Below are positions 1 through 12,819 of a stretch of DNA of 64,000 nt, one piece after another (the stretch's first letter is position 1; each line of letters starts with the position of its first letter). The translations under genes and the position numbers were made by a program. The stretch is from Eledone cirrhosa (taxonomy: Eukaryota), in the NCBI GenBank assembly GCA_964016885.1, contig OZ024754.1:22444001-22508000 (forward strand). The letters run 5' to 3'. The notes beneath the pieces were generated by a model, which saw only the letters and a program-made list of their open reading frames with translations, did not search any database and was not told the origin of the DNA.

Positions 1-3000
1 GTGGTGGTGACAATAGTGATGTTGACAATAGTGATGTTGACAATAGTGGTGATGACAATGGTGGTGTTGACAATAGTGGTGATGACAATAGTGGTGGTGA
101 CAATAGTGGTGTTGATGATAGTGGTGGTGACAATAGTGGTGGTGACAATAGTGGTGGTGACAATGGTGGTGGTGACAATAGTGGTGATGACAATAGTGGT
201 GGTGACAATAGTGGTGTTGACAATAGTGGTGGTGACAATAGTGGTGTTGACGATAGTGGTGATGACAATAGTGATGATGACAATAGTGGTGGTGACAATA
301 GTGGTGGTGACAATAGTGGTGGTGACAATAGTGATGTTGACAATAGTGGTGGTGACAATAGTGATGTTGACAATAGTGGTGGTGACAATAGTGGTGGTGA
401 CAATAGTGGTGGTGACGATAGTGGTGGTGACAATAGTGGTGATGACAATAGTGGTGGTGACAATAGTGGTGTTGACAATAGTGGTGGTGACAATAGTGGT
501 GATGACAATAGTGGTGGTGACAATGGTGGTGTTGACAATGGTGGTGGTGACAATAGTGATGTTGACAATAGTGGTGGTGACAATAGTGGTGGTGACAATA
601 GTGATGTTGACAATAGTGATGTTGACAATAGTGGTGATGACAATGGTGGTGTTGACAATAGTGGTGATGACAATAGTGGTGGTGATGATAGTGGTGGTGA
701 CAATAGTGGTGGTGACAATGGTGGTGGTGACAATAGTGGTGTTGACAATGGTGGTGTTGACAATGGTGGTGTTGACAATGGTGGTGTTGACAATAGTGAT
801 GTTGACAATAGTGGTGATGACAATAGTGGTGGTGACAATGGTGGTGTTGACAATAGTGGTGGTGACAATAGTGATGATGACAATAGTGGTGTTGACAATG
901 GTGGTGTTGACAATAGTGGTGATGACAATAGTGGTGATGACAATAGTGGTGGTGACAATAGTGGTGTTGACAATAGTGGTGGTGACAATAGTGGTGGTGA
1001 CAATAGTGGTGTTGACGATAGTGGTGATGACAATAGTGATGACAATAGTGGTGGTGACAATAGTGGTGGTGACAATAGTGATGTTGACAATAGTGGTGGT
1101 GACAAGAGTGATGTTGACAATAGTGGTGGTGACAATAGTGGTGGTGACGATAGTGGTGGTGACGATAGTGGTGATGACAATAGTGGTGGTGACAATAGTG
1201 GTGTTGACAATGGTGGTGGTGACAATAGTGATGTTGACAATAGTGGTGATGACAATAGTGGTGGTGACAATGGTGGTGTTGACAATAGTGGTGATGACAA
1301 TAGTGGTGGTGACAATAGTGGTGGTGACAATAGTGGTGTTGACAATAGTGATGTTGACAATAGTGGTGATGACAATGGTGGTGTTGACAATAGTGATGAT
1401 GACAATAGTGGTGGTGACAATAGTGGTGGTGACAATAGTGGTGGTGACAATGGTGGTGGTGACAATAGTGGTGGTGACAATAGTGGTGTTGACAATGGTG
1501 GTGGTGACAATAGTGATGTTGACAATAGTGGTGATGACAATAGTGGTGGTGACAATGGTGGTGTTGACAATAGTGGTGATGACAATAGTGGTGGTGACAA
1601 TAGTGATGATGACAATAGTGGTGTTGATGATAGTGGTGGTGACAATAGTGGTGTTGACAATAGTGGTGGTGACAATAGTGGTGGTGACAATAGTGATGTT
1701 GATGATAGTGGTGGTGACAATAGTGATGTTGATGATAGTGGTGATGACAATAGTGGTGTTGACAATAGTGGTGGTGACAATAGTGGTGTTGACAATAGTG
1801 GTTATGACAATAGTGATGGTGACAATAGTGATGTTGATAGTGGTGGTGACAATAGTGGTAGTGACAATGGTGGTGGTGACAATAGTGGTGGTGACAATAG
1901 TGGTGATGACAATAGTGGTGATGACAATAGTGGTGATGACAATAGTGGTGTTGATGATAGTGATGTTGACAATAGTGGTGATGACAATAGTGGTGTTGAT
2001 GATAGTGATGTTGACAATAGTGGTGGTGACAATAGTGATGTTGATGATAGTGGTGATGACAATAGTGGTGTTGACAATAGTGGTGGTGACAATAGTGGTG
2101 ATGACAATAGTGATGGTGACAATAGTGGTGATGACAATAGTGGTGGTGACAATAGTGATGTTGATGATAGTGGTGGTGACAATAGTGGTGGTGACAATGG
2201 TGGTGTTGACAATGGTGGTGATGACAATAGTGGTGGTGACAATAGTGGTGATGACAATAGTGGTGGTGACAATAGTGGTGATGACAATAGTGGTGGTGAC
2301 AATGGTGGTGTTGACAATAGTGGTGATGACAATAGTGGTGATGACAATAGTGATGTTGACAATAGTGATGTTGACAATAGTGGTGATGACAATAGTGGTG
2401 GTGACAATAGTGGTGGTGACAATAGTGGTGTTGACAATAGTGGTGGTGACAATAGTGGTGGTGACAATAGTGGTGTTGATGATAGTGGTGGTGACAATAG
2501 TGGTGATGACAATAGTGGTGGTGACAATGGTGGTGTTGACAATAGTGGTGATGACAATAGTGGTGGTGACAATAGTGGTGATGACAATAGTGGTGATGAC
2601 AATAGTGATGTTGACAATAGTGGTGGTGACAATAGTGGTGATGACAATAGTGGTGGTGACAATAGTGGTGATGACAATAGTGATGTTGACAATAGTGGTG
2701 ATGACAATAGTGGTGGTGACAATAGTGGTGATGACAATAGTGGTGATGACAATAGTGGTGGTGACAATAGTGGTGATGACAATAGTGGTGGTGACAATAG
2801 TGGTGATTACAATAGTGGTGGTGACAATAGTGATGTTGACAATAGTGGTGATGACAATAGTGGTGATGACAATAGTGATGGTGACAATAGTGATGTTGAC
2901 AATAGTGGTGGTGACAATAGTGGTGATGACAATAGTGGTGGTGACAATAGTGATGTTGACAATAGTGGTGATGACAATAGTGGTGGTGACAATAGTGGTG

Positions 3001-4383
3001 GTGACAATAGTGGTGATGACAATAGTGGTGGTGACAATAGTGGTGATGACAATAGTGGTGGTGACAATAGTGGTGGTGACAATAGTGATGGTGACAATAG
3101 TGATGTTGACAATAGTGGTGTTGACAATAGTGGTGTTGATGATAGTGGTGTTGACAATAGTGGTGGTGACAATAGTGGTGGTGACAATAGTGGTGGTGAC
3201 AATAGTGGTGATGACAATAGTGGTGGTGACAATAGTGGTGGTGACAATAGTGATGGTGACAATAGTGATGTTGACAATAGTGGTGTTGACAATAGTGGTG
3301 TTGATGATAGTGGTGTTGACAATAGTGGTGGTGACAATAGTGGTGGTGACAATAGTGGTGGTGACAATAATGGTGATAACAATAGTGGTGGTGACAATAG
3401 TGGTGGTGACAATAGTGATGTTGATGATAGTGGTGGTGACAATAGTGGTGTTGACAATAGTGGTGGTGACAATAGTGGTGATGACAATAGTGGTGGTGAC
3501 AATAGTGATGTTGATGATAGTGGTGGTGACAATAGTGGTGTTGACAAGTGATGTTGATGATAGTGGTGGTGACAATAGTGGTGATGACAATAGTGGTGGT
3601 GACAATAGTGGTGGTGACAATAGTGGTGTTGACAATAGTGGTGATGACAATAGTGGTGTTGACAATAGTGGTGTTGATGATAGTGGTGGTGACAATAGTG
3701 GTGATGACAATAGTGGTAGTGACAATAGTGATGTTGATGATAGTGGTGGTGACAATAGTGGTGTTGACAATAGTGGTGTTGACAATAGTGGTGGTGACAA
3801 TAGTGGTGGTGACAATAGTGGTGTTGACAATAGTGGTGTTGACAATAGTGGTGATGACAATAGTGGTGTTGACAATAGTGGTGTTGACAATAGTGGTGAT
3901 GACAATAGTGGTGGTGACAATAGTGATGTTGATGATAGTGGTGGTGACAATAGTGGTGGTGACAATAGTGGTGATGACAATAGTGGTGTTGACAATAGTG
4001 GTGTTGACAATAGTGGTGGTGACAATAGTGGTGGTGACAATAGTGATGTTGACAATAGTGGTGTTGACAATAGTGGTGTTGACAATAGTGGTGTTGATGA
4101 TAGTGGTGGTGACAATAGTGGTGTTGACAATAGTGGTGGTGACAATAGTGGTGATAAAAATAGTGGTGGTGACAATAGTGATGTTGATGATAGTGGTGGT
4201 GACAATAGTGGTGGTGACAATAGTGGTGATTACAATAGTGGTGGTGACAATAGTGGTGTTGACAATAGTGGTGGTGACAATAGTGGTGGTGACAATAGTG
4301 GTGTTGACAATAGTGGTGATGACAATAGTGGTGATGACAATAGTAGTGGTGACAATAGTGGTGATGACAATAGTGATGTTGAT
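1..4383. repeat. 15-bp minisatellite (consensus GACAATAGTGGTGGT; variants GTT/GAT), intronic to Sm D2
   Basis: Continuous tandem array with 15-nt period and occasional 12/13-nt units. It extends beyond the left edge of the window. Confidence 0.97.
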
Positions 4384-4509
4384 GAAACTACAAATATAGC
4401 AGCAAGTTGGAAAAGGCGAATATTAAAAAAGAAATATATATTTTCATGTTTGTTGTACAAATGCTGTGAGCATTTACTTATTACCTGTCACTTTCCTGAG
4501 TGTATATAC

Positions 4510-4740
4510 TCCTCCTTCACTCTATCTCCCCCCCCCCCCCCATCTCCCTCCATATTCTCACTCTCTCTCTCTCCCTCATCTCCCTCCATATTCTCACTCT
4601 CTCTCCCCCATCTCTCTCCATATTCTCTCTCTCTCCCCCATCTCTCTCCATATTCTCACTCTACCTCTCTCTCTCTCCATATTCTCACTATCTCCCCCCC
4701 CCATCTCTCCATATTCTCACTCTCTCTCTCTCCCATTCTT
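4510..4740. repeat. CT-rich degenerate tandem repeat (CCATATTCTCACTCTCTCTCT-like units)
   Basis: About seven recurrences of CCATATTCTC separated by (CT)n/poly-C. Confidence 0.8.
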
Positions 4741-4829
4741 CACCTGTTGTTATGTATGATATCAATTGCTCCACCAACCAATGTATCAGATATTATATTA
4801 ATATTGTCTTCTTCTGTTTTCTCTTACAG

Positions 4830-5004
4830 ACATTGCAATATGGTCTTGGAAAATGTTAAAGAAATGTGGACAGAGGTACCCAAGACTGGAAAAGGTAAAA
4901 AAAAATCAAAGCCAGTCAACAAAGATCGATATATTTCGAAAATGTTTTTGCGAGGAGATTCGGTTATATTAGTGCTGAGAAACCCTCTAGCTGGACCTAA
5001 ATAA
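4830..5004 (+). CDS. SNRPD2: Small nuclear ribonucleoprotein Sm D2, final coding exon
   Basis: Translates (R)[57 protein letters not shown], the conserved Sm D2 C-terminal half. It is preceded by a polypyrimidine tract and TTACAG acceptor (AG 4828-4829, phase 2) and ends at TAA 5002-5004. Upstream exons lie outside the window. Confidence 0.96.
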
Positions 5005-5088
5005 ATACATTTAAATGTATTGCTACATCATGATTAGATCATATTTTTTAAAAATTCATTTTTTCATTTAACTATTTTGTCCATGTCT

Positions 5089-5094
5089 AATAAA
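5089..5094 (+). promoter_or_regulatory. Polyadenylation signal of Sm D2 mRNA
   Basis: AATAAA about 85 nt after the stop, followed by a GT/T-rich element (GTGTTGTTTTT, about 5117-5127). Confidence 0.7.
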
Positions 5095-5477
5095 ATGTGC
5101 TGTTTTTAAAGTATTAGTGTTGTTTTTCATTACTATAAACTTTTGTAAAAGTGACGAGTTACAACAGTTTTCTACCTGAGCTAGTTCTAGGATTCTTTTT
5201 AAATAGAATAATTCTTCCATATTAATCAACTAGCTACCAATAAATATAATTATTTTTCTGCTTATATTTTTGGATGGTGAACTTAATCATGACTTAATCC
5301 ATTGACCAGTTTAACCCCATGACCTGTCCTTTGGATGCCTCTTTTGCAAGCATTTGGGTCAAACTTCTAATTTGAGGATACCCTCGCCCTACCCTTCCAC
5401 CAGCCCCTGAAGCCCTGAAAAGTGTCATTGGCACTGCTCTTCTATTCCTGATTAAGCAGTAAAAAATAAGAAATATA

Positions 5478-5976
5478 TTGCTGTTGTTTCCTTGAGCAAG
5501 ACACTGTATTTCACATTGCTCCAGTTTACTCAGCTGTAGAAATGAGATGATAGGACTGGATTCCCTATCATTCCACTGCAAAATGGTCGTGGAGGTGCCA
5601 CGGCAAAAAAGCACCCAGCACTCACTGTAAATGAGGTTGGTGTTAGGAAGGGTATCCAGCTGTAGAAATCAAGCCAGAATCAGTTCCCATATGAGCAAGA
5701 CAAGGTCAGCCGACCGGACACTGCTCACAACAGGACAACCCATCTAACCCATGCTAGTACTCTGGTGCGTTATGGTCCACCTGGTTCCTTACCACATGTC
5801 CTTCGTTATATATATATATATATATATTTATTAAAATAACAGATTTCAGAAGATCTTTGCTTAAACTTTAATCTGTTATTTTAATAAATATTTGCTCTAC
5901 GGGGTTCTTATATATTTGATATATATTTATCCTTATCGAGCCCTCTTTGGATTTTAGTCTTCAAATTTCTTATTAT

Positions 5977-6017
<41 letters not shown>

Positions 6018-6067
6018 ATATATATATAAAAGCGGACGTAAAATGAAATGATGATGATGATGATGAT
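5478..6067 (+). mobile_element. SINE-like element with RTE-derived 3' tail, split by an insertion at about 5760-6027
   Basis: CCTTGAGCAAGACACT...CAGCTGTAGAAATGAG SINE central-domain-like motif, then GGTTGGTGTTAGGAAGGGTATCCAGCTGTAG shared with the RTE 3'UTR at 6240-6275. The tail AAAGCGGACGTAAAATG(ATG)n resumes at 6028. Confidence 0.6.
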
Positions 6068-6126
6068 ATATATATATATATATATTGTATATATATATAT
6101 ATTGTATATATATATATTGTATATGT

Positions 6127-7020
6127 ATCATCATCATCATTTAACGTCTATCTTCCACTCTAGTAAGGGTTTAGACGGGAATTGTCCCACGTGAGACAAG
6201 ATTAGTTGTCTTGCTCGTATAGGACTGTCTGGCGGGTTTTCTACGGCTGGATACCTTTCCTAACACCAACCACATTTACAGTTTGGACTGGGATGTTTTT
6301 ACTGTGTTACCTACACGGCCACATTACAGCGTAGACTGTGTTTTTTTTGTCGTGACGCCTACACGACCTCATTAGTTTGGACTGGATGTTGTGGTACCAA
6401 CATAACTTTAGGTGTAGATGCGGGTGTATTTTTGGTTGGGAGGTGCCTACTGACTAGGTTTCGCTTTGTACTTAGGCCAGTCGGGTCTTCTGTATTACTG
6501 CATAGCGCCAAAGATCTCGGTCCAGTGACATTGTCTTGGAGAGGTGTAAGTGTGTAAGGTCGGAATTTATCAAATCGTCTCAGGTTTTTCTGGGTCTACC
6601 TACTCTGTAGCTTCCATCTATTTTGATCGCCCTGCACTTTTTTATACAGCTGTCCTCTTTCATGCGCATCACGTGACCATACCATCGTAGTCTTCTTGCG
6701 AGTAAACAGCATCTGATCCCTCTTATTCCTAATTTCTCACTTAGTTCATTTATGCTTTGCCGTTCACGTATATTACTATTACACATCCAACGGAGCATGC
6801 AAGCTTCGTTCCTCTCCAGTCTGCGCAGATCCTCTACACACAATGCCCATGTCTCACTGCCATGTAACATTGCTGTTCGTATGCAGGCATCATACAGTCT
6901 GCCTTTCATTTTTAGGGAGAAACCTTTAGCGGCCAATAGTGGTATAAGCTCTCTGAACTTTTTCCATCCCGTTCTGACTCTAGCTACTGTACTTTCAGAG
7001 CACCCACCACCACTTCTGGT
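6127..7020 (-). mobile_element. 5'-truncated RTE-clade LINE (ORF C-terminus + 3'UTR + (ATG)n tail)
   Basis: ORF 6580-6936: KGRLYDACIRTAMLHGSETW...RRLRWYGHVMR...GRPRKT. Tail (CAT)n on + at 6127-6140. Confidence 0.88.
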
Positions 7021-7043
7021 ATATATATATATATATATATATA

Positions 7044-10000
7044 TATCATCATCATCATCATTTTACGTCTTGCAAAGGTGGGATGGGTCTTATTCAGCAC
7101 AGCATCCTTCCACTTGTCACGGTCCTTCGTCATCTCCACCGTGAGCTTCAGTGATCTGAGGTCTGTTCTCACCACCTCCACCCATGTTTTTCGTGGTCTA
7201 CCTCTACCATGTCTTCCTTCAACTGACATTTCCTGGCACTTCTTCACCCATCGGTCATCCTCCATGCACATCACATGTCCATACCACCTCAGTCTCCTCT
7301 CTCGTACACTACATTCTATCCCTCTCAGACACAGTTTCTCTCTCAACACATTCATGCTGGGTCGTTCACGCACATTGACACTGCACCTCCAACGGAGAAA
7401 GCTTGCCTCATTTCTCTCCAGCCGTCGCATTTCCTCTGCAGTTGCTGCCCATGTCTCACTAACATGCAGCATCGCGTTCCTCACACAGGCATCATATAAC
7501 CGGCTTTTCGTACGCAGGGAGAAACCCTTCGTCAGCAGAGGAAGCAGCTCCCTAAACTTCTTCCAACCCATCCTTATTCTAGATACTATGGCCTCGGAAC
7601 ATCCCCTCCCATGCTAATCTGATCTCCTAGGTACCGGAAGCTATCCACCACTTCTATAGCACCCGCCTGCATTTGAAAAATGTGTCTATCAATGCGACTT
7701 CTACTGTCTAGTTTCCCTGTACATCTACTGCATACATATTTCTCCCTACCTGATAGTTTGCCTGCTATCCCGCTACATCTCTTGTGTACCCAGGATCTGC
7801 ATTGTGTGCATTTTATAGAATTTATGCCAGTTCCTTTTCTGCATATCGAACATGGCCATTTCCTTGACGGAATCAGAGTTTTGTCCTCTTTTCTACTCAA
7901 CACTTTTGTTTTAGTTAGTCCTCTTGCTTCCAACTGTTGTTTCCATAGCCAGAATTTATTCTCTAGCTCCTCTACTGATTCTGCTATAAGAACCAGATCG
8001 TCAGCATAGAGAAGTTCCCATGGACAGCCAGTCTTAAACTCCTCTGTTATGGCTTGGATGACTATAATGAACAAGAGCAGGCTGAGGACCGAACCTTGAT
8101 GTACTCCTAACTGTATCTGGAATTCCTCACTAAACTCCATTCCTACCCTGACTTTACTGACAGTACCTCTGTACAAAGTCTGCACTATCCTCACAAGCCA
8201 TTCCTCAACACCTAGTTTCCTTAGGGACCACTATCCTTAGGTACCCTATCAAAGGCCTTCTCTAGGTCAACAAAGGCTAAGTATAGTGGCTTATTTTTCT
8301 CTAAGAACCTCTCTTGCAATTGTCTCACCAAGAAGAGGGCATCTGTTGTACTCTTCCCTGGCACAAAACCAAACTGCATCTCATCTAGTCTGACCCTTTC
8401 TCTAATTAGTTGTGCTAATATCCTTTCTGCCACTTTCATAACCTGATCCATCAGTTTTATACCCCTATAATTGCTCCTCTCCAGAGCATCCCCTTTACCT
8501 TTGTAGCAATTTATGAGAATACTGCTACACCAGTCTTTGGGTATGACACCACCATATATAGCCTGATTGATGATGTGTGCAACCAGTTTAGTGCCTATGT
8601 CTCCTCATGTCTTCAGCATCTCAGCAACTATTCCCGATGATCCATCAGCCTTACCATTTTTCATTTTCTTAATCGCCTCTTGGACCCTATATTCGTCAAT
8701 CTCAATAGCTGGTCCCTCTGTCGGATCTACCAAGGGTAATTTCTCTCTCTCCCATTTGTTCTCCACATTCATCAGTCTCTCATAATGACATTTCCAGGCC
8801 TCCTTTTTCTGATCATTCGTGACACTAAGTACACCGGCATCATTCCGGACACATTTATCTCCAACAACATCCTGATTTGCATTGACACACTGCCTTGCAA
8901 TGTGGAACACCGCACACCTCTGATCTTCCCGTCGCAGAACATTGGCAAACCTCCTACTCTGAGCCTCCCTGCGTGCTAAGTACACCTGACGTCTAGCTTC
9001 TCTCTTAGCGGTTGTACATTCTTCCTTACTCCCACCCTTTTTCCAAGCTTTCCATGCTAGTCTTTTGTCTCTAATGGCCTTATCTACTGTGCTGTTCCAC
9101 CACCAGGTCACTCTCTGTCTGGTTGGAGTTCTGCTCCAGCCACAAGTTTCATCAGTAGCCTGCAGTAAGTTGTCACGTAAGAAAGTCCAGTTATTATCTA
9201 TGCCATACGTCTCTAAATCGTCTTCTTTTTCGTCATACACATCTTGAAGGGCTTTCCTAAATTTGTATTTTAGTGAAAGGTCTTTTAGCTTCCAGACCTT
9301 TCTTCTCCACACCTTCCTGTATGTCTCATTCCATCTCTTGCTTACTGAGATATCACTAACGACTAACCTATGCTGTGGGGTACATTCTTCCCCAGAGTAT
9401 GCCTTGGTATTAGACACTATCTGCCTATCCCGCTGCCTAACTAGTAAGAAGTCAATCTGGCTTATGTACTCGCCAGATTTGTAGGTTATTAGGTGGTTGG
9501 CAGGTTTCTGGAAGTTTGTGTTGCAAATAGTCAGTGTACTTGCATCACAAAATTCAAGAAGTCTCACTCCTTCATTTCTTGAGCCGTAACCGTGCCCACC
9601 ATGTACCCCAGTGTAACCATCCTGGAGCTGTCCAACATGACAATTGAAGTCCCCTGCTAGCATAACGATGTTTCCGTTTTCTGTCATTGCGGTTGTTTGT
9701 ATAAGTTGCTCGTAAACGCAGTCTTTCTCATCTTTGCCTAGGCCTGCTTGAGGAGCATAGGCAGAGATGATTGTCAGTAGTCTCCTGCCTACAACTAATC
9801 TAAACTTAATTATTCGATTACTAACTCAAACTACCTCTATTGTCTTATTGATCCTTCTCTCAGCCAGGAAAATGCCTACTCCCCCTAACCCATCATCCTT
9901 ACCTACCCAGAAAAGCTTATAGCTAAGATGTTTGCGTGCGACTAGTCTCGCAGAGGCACCTCTCCATCTCACCTCTTGCACGCAACACACATCCACATGC

Positions 10001-10285
10001 CTTCTCTCCAGCATCTCCGCTATTTCAGCAGATCTACTTCTGAGAGTGCCAACATTAAGTGTTGCAACTCTGAGATGCGACGTCTTCATATTTTGTTGTT
10101 GTTCCTATCTATTTGTTGCTGTGCTGATAAGCGTTTTGGCATTGATACACTGGTTGGATGCCCTTCATAACACCAGCGCCTCTTTACAGCATGGACTGGG
10201 TGCTTTTATTTGTGCCACCAGCACTAGAGAGGATGTCTTACTAGACTGAAGGGCCCTCTCTACCCCTCCATTTTACAGCATGGTA
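7044..10285 (-). mobile_element. Near full-length degenerate RTE LINE (AP endonuclease + RT + PHD-like Cys cluster), frameshifted
   Basis: APE motifs (TLNVGTL, CVQEVRW, AGDFNCHVG, QIDFLLVR) and RT motifs (QFGFVPGKST, FVDLEKAFDRVP, GVHQGSVLS, LLYADDL). C-terminus RRLRWYGHV..GRPRKTW and (ATG)n tail at 7044-7060. Confidence 0.95.
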
Positions 10286-10473
10286 ATAACCCCCCCCCCC
10301 CCCACACACACACACACATTGACACGACACGCGCGCACACACACTCACACCAACCACTCATGCATACAAACTACAAACACTCACATATATATATTACCGG
10401 CAGTACTGATACAAAATGAAAATCATGTCAACTGTTGACTTTTCCTAGTCCAGTTCAGTTTTTATATAATAAT

Positions 10474-10577
10474 AATTGTTTCTACTTTAGGCACAAGGCC
10501 AGCAATTACCCAGTGCATTACTGGTACTTTATTTTATCGACCCCGTAAGGATGAAAGGCAAAGTTAACCTCGGCGGG
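10474..10577 (-). mobile_element. tRNA-derived SINE, 3' part
   Basis: Matches the 3' half of the full copies at 17541, 39302, 48549 and 53942. Confidence 0.85.
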
Positions 10578-10635
10578 TTATATAATAATAATAATAATTG
10601 TTTCTACTAATAATAATAATAATTGTTTGCTTTAC

Positions 10636-10832
10636 GCTGGTGGTGGATGGTGTCAGTGAAGGCGGTGGTGGTGGTGATGGCGGTGGTGTTGGTGGTGGTG
10701 GTGGTGGTGATGAAGGTGGTGGATGGTGTTAGTATGGTGATGGTGGTGGTGGCGGATGGTGTCAGTGATGGTGGTGACAGTTGTTGCTGTCGTTGTTATT
10801 GTTGTTGCTGTTGTTGCTGCTGCTGCCGTTGT
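10636..10832. repeat. (GGT)n/(TGT,TGC)n low-complexity tract
   Basis: Trinucleotide-type repeats read directly from the sequence. Confidence 0.8.
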
Positions 10833-11204
10833 TCTTCAAAAACTCATATAACGTTAATTTGAGGGTAACATATTCTAACTATATATCTTAATAGTACGTG
10901 TATTTACGATTATTAGTTGTTTAAAATTTGTTTATAATATAATATTTTTATTGTTATAAGTAGATAAATAAATAAATAAATAGATGCGTATATCATGTTA
11001 TAGATAATTGTTCTAATGAGTTATGAGGGATATTGGTTTTGTATTTTAAGTTAAATTAAATTAAATTAACTGAGTTAAGAAGAATATTTACATTTATATG
11101 ATTTAAAATGAGAAGATATGGAAAAAAACTCCGGTTTAATTTATTTATTCGTTAGTGTGAGATTATTTAGTCAAACTAAGTATAGATGTTGAAAGATACA
11201 TTTA

Positions 11205-11287
11205 GATATATATATAATATTTATGTATTTTCTTTTATATATATATGTGTGTGTGTTTGTGTATATGTATGTATATGTATGTGTATG

Positions 11288-11322
<35 letters not shown>

Positions 11323-11910
11323 GTATATATGTGTGTGTGTACGTATATGTGTATGTATGTGTATATGTATGTGTGTGTGTGTATGTATTTATTTTTACGT
11401 ATGTATGTGTATGTGTAATTGCGTGTATTGCTTACCACGTGTGTTTGTTCATTTATTTGTTGCCTGTATCGCAGTCAACTTTATAATAATTTTTTATTCA
11501 TTTTTATTCTTATGTGACGGTATTTTTATTATATTTTTTCTTATAATTATTTGTGTGTGCGTATGTAGGTGTGTGTACATATATCTATATTTGTGCATGC
11601 GTATGTATGCGTGTATATATATGTGTGTATGTATGTGTGTGTATGTACGTGTGTATATATGTATGATTGTGTGTATGTATGTATATATATATATGCATGT
11701 GTGTGTGCGTGTGCGTGTTTGTGTATTTGTGTGTATGCGTATGTATGGATATGTTGATATATATGTGTATGTATGTATGTGTATATGTATGTGTATGTAT
11801 GTATGTATATATATATATACATATATGTGTGTGTGTGTATGTATGTGTCTGTATATTTGTGTATGTATATATGTGTGTGTATGTAATTGTGTGTGTGCAT
11901 GTGTGTTTAT
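11205..11910. repeat. Compound (TA)n/(TG)n microsatellite region, probably within an orphan PLE 3' region
   Basis: Alternating purine-pyrimidine tracts, followed by a hammerhead motif at 12003. Confidence 0.75.
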
Positions 11911-12002
11911 TTTTCCTTTCCTTCTTCCTTATGCAGCCTCACTTTCATATAGATTATATTTTTGTTTTTAAAATCCAATGTCAATAAATACACCAGGATT
12001 TT

Positions 12003-12063
12003 TTTCATTCTGATGATTGAAAGCAAAATTTGTTTGCTTTTAAGAAACCACTGGTAAATGAAA
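12003..12063 (+). ncRNA. Type I hammerhead ribozyme, apparently intact
   Basis: Stem I UUUCAUU/AAUGAAA; core CUGAUGA (12010); 11-bp stem II UUGAAAGCAAA/UUUGCUUUUAA; GAAA; stem III ACC-ACU-GGU; predicted cleavage after GUA (12056). Confidence 0.85.
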
Positions 12064-12135
12064 TAATTGCCTTATGTCGTTTATTAAATAACTATATATA
12101 TATATAGTATATATATATATATTGTATGTATATAT

Positions 12136-12191
<56 letters not shown>

Positions 12192-12277
12192 TAACAGATT
12201 AAAGTTTAAGCAGAGAATCGCTGCTTTTACCCTTAACGGGATCTTTGGATTTTAGTCTTCAAATTTATCATAATTAC

Positions 12278-12302
<25 letters not shown>

Positions 12303-12308
<6 letters not shown>

Positions 12309-12640
12309 GTGAGGTTTTTTTACAAAATGAAAAATAGCCAAGGTGTCCTACACGACTGAAAGTATAAAGAAAAAAAGATGAAATCGAAAATGCAGCTGGA
12401 GTCATATTTAATAAAATATATATATATATTAATTTGGTTCCTTTACCGGTTTCGCAGTTCTTCTGCTTTTCAAAAGTAGAGTTGAGATGGAGGGTTTGTG
12501 GGTTTTTTCACAGACCCTCCATCTCAACTCTACTTTTGTAAAGCAGAAGAACTGCGAAACCGGTAAAGGAACCAAATGAATATATATATATTTTTTTAAA
12601 AATAAGATTGCATTTTCGATTTCATCTTTTTTTCTTTATA
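12303..12640. mobile_element. Miniature fold-back remnant made of two inverted PLE termini (same family as 38771-43575)
   Basis: Arms about 12365-12500 and 12508-12640 are reverse complements. Each carries (T)TGAAAAGCAGAAGAACTGCGAAACCGGTAAAGG, a hammerhead-like motif also found at 38788 and 43470. Confidence 0.85.
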
Positions 12641-12724
12641 TATATATATATATATTGTATATCTACATATATATATATCACATAAGAAACGGAGAGTCAG
12701 TGGTGCGACGAATTAAAATTATTA

Positions 12725-12819
12725 GACATATTACAATCGTTTCTCTGGCGACCAGATTGAGGCACGATCGATGCGATGATCAAACCTGACTCTGAAATCG
12801 CAAGTTCTTCAGATACGTC
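12725..12819 (-). ncRNA. Hammerhead ribozyme with extended helix II (PLE A; mirror copy 23766-23860 has core CUAAAGA)
   Basis: GACGUAU-CUGAAGA-[about 62-nt hairpin]-GAAAC GAUU GUA-AUAUGUC, with a 7-bp stem I. Confidence 0.75.

Noticed and set aside
1-4383. CRISPR array or acidic biomineralisation protein (DNSGG)n
   Set aside because: There are no unique spacers, the context is eukaryotic, a frame-breaking unit occurs near 3545, and no splice or signal features are visible.
1-5004. 1667-aa ORF fusing repeat peptide to Sm D2
   Set aside because: This is chance read-through of a stop-poor minisatellite into the real exon. A canonical acceptor at 4828-4829 defines the true exon.
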